Position numbers and translations under genes: made by a program. 64,000 nucleotides of DNA. Origin: Capsulimonadaceae bacterium (lineage in GTDB: Bacteria > Armatimonadota > Armatimonadia > Armatimonadales > Capsulimonadaceae). Location: assembly GCA_965215505.1 (NCBI GenBank), contig OZ244065.1:5536001-5600000 (forward strand), given 5' to 3'. This document shows, one piece after another, positions 46,635 to 54,093 of the stretch (the stretch's first letter is position 1; the number at the start of each line of letters is the position of its first letter). A model generated the notes under the pieces. That model had not been told where the DNA came from and did no database searches. It was given only the letters and a program-made list of their open reading frames with translations.

Positions 46635-46880
46635 ATGAAAAAAAGAACACTGCTTGGCAACCTGCTCCCACCTGCCCCAACGGCGTGGCCTTCGTTGGAG
46701 GACGAAGAAACCCAAAGACAAGTAGATAGGCTTACCCGTGAACTAGCCGGTCGTGAAATAGACGCCCGATTTCGGGAAGCACTCCGGCGCGGCGAGACAC
46801 AAGGAGACGTTGTCATTTTAGACGAACACGGCAATGAGATAAAGGACGCGCTCTCCAGGAAGACTATTTTTGACTTTTAA
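46635..46880 (+). CDS. Small hypothetical protein
   Basis: 81-aa ORF starting 2 nt after the zincin stop. Confidence 0.55.
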   Translation: MKKRTLLGNLLPPAPTAWPSLEDEETQRQVDRLTRELAGREIDARFREALRRGETQGDVVILDEHGNEIKDALSRKTIFDF

Positions 46881-46898
46881 TGCCGAAGACATTGTCTG

Positions 46899-46930
46899 AA
46901 GGCCGCCACTCAGAACCGGGTGGCGGCCTT
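46899..46930. terminator. Hairpin / possible terminator
   Basis: AAGGCCGCCAC...GTGGCGGCCTT followed by ATTT. Confidence 0.55.
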
Positions 46931-46966
46931 ATTTCGTGCTTGGTTAAAGACAGGAAACACGGCTAT

Positions 46967-47671
46967 ATGTATGAGGAGTATGGTGCAATCGTGTATTGGC
47001 AACCCAGGGAGAAGTGTTGGATTGCCGAAACATCCGGAATGGAGATTTGCCGAGGGTATGGAGAGAGCAGGCTAGAGGCTTTAGAATCTCTTGAAGCCGA
47101 AGTCCGCCGATGGGAAGCAACACGACAATCAATTAGTCTATCTCAACTAGGGGACCCGCAACAGGAGATGGACTTTGGCATCGCTCAGGAAGAACCAGCC
47201 AAAGTCGTTTCACCCAGAATAGCAAAAAGCATGCCCCCACTCTTTGCCACACTTGTTAGGTTGTGGGAGAAGTTACCAGAAAATCAGCAGAAAATACTAT
47301 TAGAATTACGTCAGAAATCGGGTGGGTACAACGTCAGGGTTGATGAGGAAGGCACTATCTTTCTCGCTGGTGAAGTAGACCTTATCACCTCTCCCAGGCT
47401 TGAGACGACAATTAATGCTCTCATAGATGCAGGTGTCGTTGATATCATCGTAGACCTGGCAGACGTGAGCTATATGGACGCTTCTGGCCTCGGGGTGTTG
47501 GTAAAGTCCGTGAGGCATCTTCGGGCGTCATGTGGAGCAAGCGCAGGAGTTATTCTTACAGCACCGAATGCAACCATCCTGCGACTTCTGCGGCTGACAC
47601 GTCTCGACACAATACTAGACGTTTATGACACGATTGAGGAAGCTAAAATCGCTCTTTCGTCACAGCGATAA
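46967..47671 (+). CDS. HicB-like N-domain fused to STAS (anti-sigma-factor antagonist) domain
   Basis: WIAETSGMEICRGYGESRLEAL (HicB-like); LAGEVD..DLADVSYMDASGLGVL (STAS). Confidence 0.75.
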   Translation: MYEEYGAIVYWQPREKCWIAETSGMEICRGYGESRLEALESLEAEVRRWEATRQSISLSQLGDPQQEMDFGIAQEEPAKVVSPRIAKSMPPLFATLVRLWEKLPENQQKILLELRQKSGGYNVRVDEEGTIFLAGEVDLITSPRLETTINALIDAGVVDIIVDLADVSYMDASGLGVLVKSVRHLRASCGASAGVILTAPNATILRLLRLTRLDTILDVYDTIEEAKIALSSQR

Positions 47672-47775
47672 AGCATGGTATTCAAGTTTCACATTTCGAT
47701 GTTTGCCTTGTCTTATCCCTAAGTGATGCCTCTCCTGGTCTGCGAGTACAATTATTTCCCACATGAGGTTGACCG

Positions 47776-48228
47776 ATGATTACATCCACCCAGCAACTCG
47801 CCGACCTACTGCTCGCCCGTGACCCGCTGCCGCCGCTGGTCCCGGTCCAAGTCTTTGACGCCTCGCTGACGCCGCAGATCGAGGAGGCCGCCGCGCCCGA
47901 CATGGTGAAGATCGGGCTGCACCTGCTCAACGATGACCTCGACGCCGCCCACGCGCTGTCCCAGAAGCACGAGAGCGAGCCGCTGGCCGACTACTGGCAT
48001 GCGATCATCCACCGCCGCGAGGGCGACTATGGCAACAGCCGCTACTGGTTCGGGCGGGTGGGGCGGTCGCCGCTGCTGGCCGAGGTCTACGGCCCGGACC
48101 CCGCCTCGCCGGCGGCGTTTGCCGAGCGATGCCGCGCCGTGGGGCGCGGGCGGGACGCCGACTTGGAGCGGTCCCAGCGGGACGAGATGGCACGCCTCTT
48201 AGCCTACGCCCAGGACCAATCCGCATGA
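47776..48228 (+). CDS. Conserved hypothetical protein
   Basis: AHALSQ, YWHAIIHRREGDYGNSRYW motif. Confidence 0.8.
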   Translation: MITSTQQLADLLLARDPLPPLVPVQVFDASLTPQIEEAAAPDMVKIGLHLLNDDLDAAHALSQKHESEPLADYWHAIIHRREGDYGNSRYWFGRVGRSPLLAEVYGPDPASPAAFAERCRAVGRGRDADLERSQRDEMARLLAYAQDQSA

Positions 48229-48232
48229 ACGC

Positions 48233-48261
48233 TTGATTTTGCCGCCGATTCCCTCTATAAT
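48233..48261 (+). promoter_or_regulatory. sigma70-type promoter
   Basis: TTGATT-17-TATAAT upstream of the ExeA-like gene. Confidence 0.65.
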
Positions 48262-48317
48262 GATTTAGCACACCCAATCTCCCAGCGTTCAGCGCTAAGT
48301 CAAAGTGAACCCACGCC

Positions 48318-49163
48318 ATGTATGAAGAGTTTTACGGCCTGCGCGAGACGCCGTTCTCCGTCCAGCCCGACCCGCGCTACGCCTTCCCGAGCGTCGAGCA
48401 TAAAGTCTCCATCGCCAAGATGCGCTACGCCGTGGACCAGAAGCGCGGCCTCGCCGTGCTGACCGGGCCGGTCGGGTCGGGCAAGACGACCATTGCGAAC
48501 GGCCTCCAGATGACGTGGGACGACGATCCGACCAAGACGGTCGCCTTCCTGCCCGGTGCGCCGGTGCGGACGCCGGGCCAGTTCCTCCGGCTCATCCTGG
48601 AAGCCTTCGGGACGCCCGCCCTGCGGACCGAGGCGCAGAACCGCCAGGCGCTGGAGCGCTTCCTGCTGGACGAGTACCAGGCGGGCCGCCATCCCGTGCT
48701 TCTTCTGGACGAAGGCCAGAACGTCGCCTCGCGCGTCATTGACGCCATCTCCGACCTGACCAACTTCCAGACCTCGCAGACAAAGCTGATCACGGTCGTC
48801 ATGCTCGCCCAGGACAACCTGCCCAAGAAGCTGGAGCGGCACGACGCCTTCCGGTCGCGCATCGCCGTCGTGGGCCGGCTGGACCCGCTGGACCTGGAGG
48901 AGATGACCGAGATGATCGCCTACCGGATCACGACGGCGGGCGGCGGCGCGATCGACACCTACTTTGAAACCCAGGCGCTGGCCGACGTCCACGCCATCAC
49001 GCGCGGCGTCCCGCGCGACGTCTGCGTGCTGTGCGACGCCCTGTTCGTCAACGGCTACGTCCGCGACCAGCGGATGATGACGACCGCGCTCGTGGCCCGG
49101 ACTTTGAACGAGATGAGCCGCGAGAAGAAGTGGCCGGTCCAGCTCAAGAACATGACGAAGTAG
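48318..49163 (+). CDS. ExeA/GspA-type AAA ATPase (no periplasmic domain)
   Basis: MYEEFYGL..PF, GPVGSGKTT, LLLDEGQ, SRI, TRGVPR. Confidence 0.9.
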   Translation: MYEEFYGLRETPFSVQPDPRYAFPSVEHKVSIAKMRYAVDQKRGLAVLTGPVGSGKTTIANGLQMTWDDDPTKTVAFLPGAPVRTPGQFLRLILEAFGTPALRTEAQNRQALERFLLDEYQAGRHPVLLLDEGQNVASRVIDAISDLTNFQTSQTKLITVVMLAQDNLPKKLERHDAFRSRIAVVGRLDPLDLEEMTEMIAYRITTAGGGAIDTYFETQALADVHAITRGVPRDVCVLCDALFVNGYVRDQRMMTTALVARTLNEMSREKKWPVQLKNMTK

Positions 49164-49194
49164 CACGGACAAGCAGAACGAGGAGATCCCGCCC

Positions 49195-49593
49195 ATGACC
49201 ACGCTCGCCGAGCTGCGCCTCGCCAACCTGCGCGAACAGAAGAAGTCCGCCCAGGAGCCTGCCGAGGCCGCCCCAGAACCCGCCCAGCCAATCGTTCCCG
49301 CCCCGCCCGCGCGTGAGGACGACCTGGTCCTCGCCCAGTACCTCACCGACTCGGAGCCGCCCGCCGAGATGCCCGCCGACCCCGAGGCCGAGAAGAGCGC
49401 CGCCCTGATCGCCCGCGTCCACCAGACGTTGGCCCACCGGACGATGCACCCGACCGGGGCGAAGGCCACCGTGGACATGTCGCCCGCGCTCTTCCACCGC
49501 GCCAAGCGCTACTGCCTGGACCACGGCAACGTCACCCTGCGCCAGCTTTTCCTGGACCTGATGACGGCGTTTCTGGATGAGGAAGGATACTAA
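49195..49593 (+). CDS. Protein with disordered N-terminus and C-terminal ParG-like ribbon-helix-helix
   Basis: KATVDMSPALFHRAKRYCLDHGNVTLRQLFLDLM; GAGGAG RBS. Confidence 0.65.
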   Translation: MTTLAELRLANLREQKKSAQEPAEAAPEPAQPIVPAPPAREDDLVLAQYLTDSEPPAEMPADPEAEKSAALIARVHQTLAHRTMHPTGAKATVDMSPALFHRAKRYCLDHGNVTLRQLFLDLMTAFLDEEGY

Positions 49594-51355
49594 GCCAGTG
49601 GCGGCCCCCGCGACTCCCTCCGGCCTGACCGACCTACTGACGCCGGACAGCCTGCGGCGGCTTGCGGGCATCCGTTCCTACGGTCTGGGCGAGGAGTACA
49701 GCGCGGACGGGCTGGTTTCGGGGCTGGTGCAGGACGGCGACATCCTCGCCGCCCAGGTACACGGGACCCAGAGCTACCGCGTGAAGCTCCAGGCGGTCGG
49801 CGACCGGCTGAAGTACGACTGCTCCTGCCCGTTCGCGGCGGAGGGCGCCTTCTGCAAGCACTGCGTCGCCGTCGGCCTGGCCTGGCTTTCGGGTGCCGTC
49901 CCCGGCGGCAAGACCGCCGCCGTCACGATGGACGACGTGCGGGCCTACCTGCAAAGGCAGGGCAAAGAGGCCCTGATCTCCCTCCTGGTGGAGCAGGCGC
50001 TGGAAGACGCGGACCTCCAGACGCGGCTGTTCCTCCGCGTCGCCCAGGCCGCCGCAGGCGGGCCGAACCTCGCCGCCTACCGCCGCGCCATTGACCGAGC
50101 CGCCAAGACCGGCGACATGGTCGAGTACGACGACGTGCCGGACTATGCGCGCGGCCTGGAACGGGTCACGGGGTCGCTGCGCGAGCTGCTGTCGGCGGGC
50201 CACGCAGGCGCGGCCCTGGAACTGACGGAGTACGCGCTGGCAAAGGTCGAGAAGGCCCTGAACAGCGTGGACGACTCGAACGGCTCGGTCGGCGGCGTCC
50301 TGCACGACCTGGAAGAGCTGCACCGCGACGCGTGCGTCCTCGCGAAGCCGGAACCCGTCGCGCTGGCCCGCCGCCTGTACGAGTGGCAGATGCGCTCCGG
50401 CCTGGTCTTCTCCGACGTGCTGGATGACTATGCCGACGTCTTTGGTGCGCGCGGCCTGGCCGAGTACCGCCGGATGGCGGAAGCGGACTGGGCGAGTGTC
50501 CCGACGCACGGCCCCAGCCAGCGCCGCGTTTCAGAGTACGGCAGTTCATGGCGTCTGGCCCAGGTCATGGAGAGCCTGGCGCGGCGGACGGGCGACGTGG
50601 AGGCGGTCGTTGCCGTGCTGCGGCGCGACCTCTCCGGCCCGTACCGTTTCCTGACCATCGCGCAGGAGTATCTGGCGGCGGGGAACGCATCGGAAGCGCT
50701 CACATGGGCGGAGCGCGGCCTGAAAGAGTTTCCGGACGCGCCGGACGGGCGGCTGGTCGAGTTCCTCGTGGAGCGTTACCAGGCCCTCGGGCGGCACGAC
50801 GAGGCCCTCGCCCTCCTGTGGGATCAGTTCCGGCGGCGCCCCGCGCTGGCCCATTTCCAGGCACTCAGGGGATACGCGCAGCCGGTGGGGCGCTGGGAGG
50901 AGTGGCGGCCCCAGGCGCTGGCTTACCTGCGCGAGCAGATCGAGGCCGAGAAGGCGCGTCCCAGCCGGTTCGGCCTCTACGCCCGCGTGGACAACTCGGA
51001 ACTGGTGCGAATCCTGCTCTGGGAGGGCCGCGACGAGGACGCCTGGCGCGAGGCGCAGCAGGGCGGCTGTGGCGAGGGCCTGTGGCTGGAACTCGCCGGC
51101 AAGCGCGAGAAAGAACACCCCGAGGACGCCCTGGGAATCTATCGTCCTCGGATCGCCCCGCTGGTGGAGCCGACCACGAACGGCGACTACGCCGAGCCGG
51201 TCCGTCTGCTGCTCCGAATCCAAAGGCTGATGACGCGCCTGGGCCGGCAGGACGAGTTCGCCCGCGACATCGAGCTTCTGCGCTCGACCTACAAGCGCAA
51301 GCGCAACTTCCTCAAACTGCTGGACGAGAAGATGCCCACCCTGAAAGGGAGCTGA
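49577..51355 (+). CDS. SWIM zinc-finger helical-repeat protein
   Basis: CSCP..FCKHCVA motif followed by helical repeats. Confidence 0.85.
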   Translation: MRKDTKPVAAPATPSGLTDLLTPDSLRRLAGIRSYGLGEEYSADGLVSGLVQDGDILAAQVHGTQSYRVKLQAVGDRLKYDCSCPFAAEGAFCKHCVAVGLAWLSGAVPGGKTAAVTMDDVRAYLQRQGKEALISLLVEQALEDADLQTRLFLRVAQAAAGGPNLAAYRRAIDRAAKTGDMVEYDDVPDYARGLERVTGSLRELLSAGHAGAALELTEYALAKVEKALNSVDDSNGSVGGVLHDLEELHRDACVLAKPEPVALARRLYEWQMRSGLVFSDVLDDYADVFGARGLAEYRRMAEADWASVPTHGPSQRRVSEYGSSWRLAQVMESLARRTGDVEAVVAVLRRDLSGPYRFLTIAQEYLAAGNASEALTWAERGLKEFPDAPDGRLVEFLVERYQALGRHDEALALLWDQFRRRPALAHFQALRGYAQPVGRWEEWRPQALAYLREQIEAEKARPSRFGLYARVDNSELVRILLWEGRDEDAWREAQQGGCGEGLWLELAGKREKEHPEDALGIYRPRIAPLVEPTTNGDYAEPVRLLLRIQRLMTRLGRQDEFARDIELLRSTYKRKRNFLKLLDEKMPTLKGS

Positions 51356-51362
51356 ACCCGCC

Positions 51363-52925
51363 GTGAACCGTCTCCTGTCCCTCTGCGCCTTTTTGTCTTT
51401 AGGCTTCGCCCTTGCGCCCGTCCGGGCCGATGCTCCGGCTCAGGCGTCCGCCGAGGCCGCCTTCGCCCAGGGCAAGTTCGACGACGCCCGCAAGGCCTAC
51501 GAGCGGCTGGTCAAGTCCGACCCCCGGCCCGTCGGCCCGCGCCTCGGCCTGATCCAGACCCTGCTGCGTCAGGACCGCTGGCGGGACGCGCTGCGGGAGG
51601 CGCAGGCCGCCGCCCTAGCCGCCCCCGCCGATGCGGACGCGCGGGGCCTTCTGGCCCTGGCCGAGTTCCGGGCGGGGCAGCCGGACGCAGCCCATTCGGA
51701 CTCGCAGAAGTCATTGGCGCTGGACAAAGAGGACTATTGGGGCCTGGTCGCGGCGGGGCGGCTGGCCGACTGGAACGGCGAGGACGGGCAGTGCCATGAC
51801 GCTTTCGCCCGTGCCGCCGCCCAACATCCCGAGCGGCCCGACGCCTGGCTGGGGCTGTGGCAGGCAAGCCACGAGGACCGGATCGGCCCGGCCGGGGCGG
51901 CCATCGCCGCCCGCTACCTGGCTTTATCTCCCCAGGGCTATCCCTTCGACCGGGAGACGCCCCTCATCCGCAACTTCAGCGAGAACGAGGTGGGCTACTG
52001 GCGCGACTTCATCAAGGACCCGCCGTTCCGCCTGGAGACGGGGACGGACGGCGGGAAGGCGAATACGTCCGCCGTCTTCCCCATCGAGCGCGAAGGCCAC
52101 TTCGTTTTCGTCTCGGTCGCGATCAACGGTCGGCCCTTCCGCCTGTTGTTCGACACGGGCGCGAGCAGCCTCCTGCTGTCCCGGAAGGCCGCGCGCCGTC
52201 TGGCGCTGCCTGACCTGGCGAAAGCCTATGTGGCGGGCGTCCAGGGCAAGGCCCCCGCGACCCTCCAGCGCGCCGACACGCTGACGCTGGGAGGCGTCAC
52301 CGTGCGTTCCATCCCGGTCACCGTGACCGACAGCGCCGGAGAGGGCGACGGCATCTTCGGCGGCACCATCCTGCGGGACTACGCCGTCACCCTGGACTTC
52401 GACAGCAACACGATGACGATCGTGCGCGGGCCGAATGCGGGGTACGTCGCCCGCCCCCACACCACCGCCTCCACCCTCCCGCTGCGCCTCTACGGCGGGC
52501 ACCTGTTCATCTCCGCCCATGCCCAGGAGCAGGCCGAGAACGCCGTGGACCACCCCGTCTGGGCGATCCTGGACACGGGCGCGTTCACCGACATCTTCTC
52601 CCTGAGCCTGACCCATGAGCTTTCCGCCCATGACCCCCGGCCCGACTGGCAGGAGGGCAGCATCAGCAGCCGCGTGGGCATCGGCGATTCGGCCCGGAAG
52701 ATCAACGTCTGCCTGACGCTGGCGAAGGTCAAGATCACCTTCGACGGCTCGGACCACGTCACCAACCAGATCGGCCTCACCGGCGAGTCCGCGATGGACG
52801 ACCAGGTCAGCCCCGGCACGGGGTTTGAAGTCGGGATGCTGCTCGGCATCCCCCTCCTGGCCCAGCACAGCCGCGTCACCATTGACTACCCCCACCGGCT
52901 GCTGACGTTTGAAGACCCCGAGTAG
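51363..52925 (+). CDS. Secreted TPR + tandem retropepsin-like aspartyl protease
   Basis: Signal peptide, TPRs, LFDTGAS and ILDTGAF motifs. Confidence 0.85.
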   Translation: MNRLLSLCAFLSLGFALAPVRADAPAQASAEAAFAQGKFDDARKAYERLVKSDPRPVGPRLGLIQTLLRQDRWRDALREAQAAALAAPADADARGLLALAEFRAGQPDAAHSDSQKSLALDKEDYWGLVAAGRLADWNGEDGQCHDAFARAAAQHPERPDAWLGLWQASHEDRIGPAGAAIAARYLALSPQGYPFDRETPLIRNFSENEVGYWRDFIKDPPFRLETGTDGGKANTSAVFPIEREGHFVFVSVAINGRPFRLLFDTGASSLLLSRKAARRLALPDLAKAYVAGVQGKAPATLQRADTLTLGGVTVRSIPVTVTDSAGEGDGIFGGTILRDYAVTLDFDSNTMTIVRGPNAGYVARPHTTASTLPLRLYGGHLFISAHAQEQAENAVDHPVWAILDTGAFTDIFSLSLTHELSAHDPRPDWQEGSISSRVGIGDSARKINVCLTLAKVKITFDGSDHVTNQIGLTGESAMDDQVSPGTGFEVGMLLGIPLLAQHSRVTIDYPHRLLTFEDPE

Positions 52926-53251
52926 GAAACGGCGTTATCGGACACTTCGGGCTTCATCCTGCGCTTCCGTGAAGTTCTATCCACCGATCAAAAAATGCAG
53001 GCATCCGATTCCTGCTGTCCAGCTACCTGGAGATGGCCGGGCAGTATCAGGAAGCACGGGCCGATCCACAGCAAGTGGCGCATTCGGGCGACGAAATTTG
53101 GCCGGCGAAGGCGCGTCAGGCGCTTGAACCGCCGGAGCCTCTTTGACCCGCCTTGACGCGGCCCCGCCTCTTCTTGGTATAATGAATCGCCACGCGAACC
53201 CTTTTACGGCCCCAGGCCGTTAACAATCCAACAGCAGAGGATGAGAGAACG

Positions 53252-54010
53252 ATGTCAGGACACAGCAAATGGCACAGCATCAAGCACCAGAAGGGCAAGG
53301 CCGACGCCGACCGGGGCAAGCTCTTCACCAAACTCGCCCGTGAGATCATCGTCGCCGCCAAGGCGGGCGGGCCGAACCCGGACTCGAACATCACCCTGCG
53401 CGCCGCCATTACGCGGGCGCGGGCGATCTCGATGCCCCAGGACAACATCAAGCGCGCCATCGCGCGCGGGGCGGGCGGCGATGACACCGCGAACTACGAG
53501 GACCTGACCTATGAGGGCTACGGGCCGGGCGGCGTCGCCGTCCTGGTCAGTTGCCTGACCGACAACAAACAGCGGACGGTCGCCGAGGTCCGGGCCGCCT
53601 TCAACCGGTCCGGCGGGCGGCTGGCCGAGTCGGGCAGCGTCTCCTACCTCTTTGCGCCTAAAGGCATCCTCATCGTGGACCCGGATGTCACGACCGAGGA
53701 GGCCGTGACCGAGGCGGCCATCGAGGGCGGGGCCGAGGACATCCAGCCGACCGACGACGGCGGCTTCGAGATCACGACTGCGCCGGAGGACTTCGCCGCC
53801 GTGCAGAAGGCTCTGGACGGAGTCAAGATCGCCTACGCCTCCGCCGAGATGACCATGCTGCCGCAGACCACCGTGGACATCGCCGGCAAGGAGGCCAGCC
53901 AGGTCCTGCGCCTCGTAGACACCCTGGAAGACAATGACGACGTCCAGAAGGTCTACGCGAACTTCGACATCTCCGACGCGGAGATGGACGCGGCCGAAAG
54001 CGGTCGTTAG
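53252..54010 (+). CDS. yebC: YebC/PmpR family protein
   Basis: MSGHSKW, YEGYGPGG, DDVQKVYANF; TGGTATAAT upstream. Confidence 0.96.
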   Translation: MSGHSKWHSIKHQKGKADADRGKLFTKLAREIIVAAKAGGPNPDSNITLRAAITRARAISMPQDNIKRAIARGAGGDDTANYEDLTYEGYGPGGVAVLVSCLTDNKQRTVAEVRAAFNRSGGRLAESGSVSYLFAPKGILIVDPDVTTEEAVTEAAIEGGAEDIQPTDDGGFEITTAPEDFAAVQKALDGVKIAYASAEMTMLPQTTVDIAGKEASQVLRLVDTLEDNDDVQKVYANFDISDAEMDAAESGR

Positions 54011-54093
54011 GGCCACCGGCACCGGAAGTGCCGGGTGAGCCGACTCTGCGAGCAGACCCGTGGGCATCCCCCGCGAGAACCGAGGCTGTCCCG

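Noticed and set aside
48318-49163. TniB/TnsC of a Tn7-like transposon
   Set aside because: No adjacent Mu/Tn7-type transposase, TniQ or terminal repeats; the N-terminus is ExeA-type.
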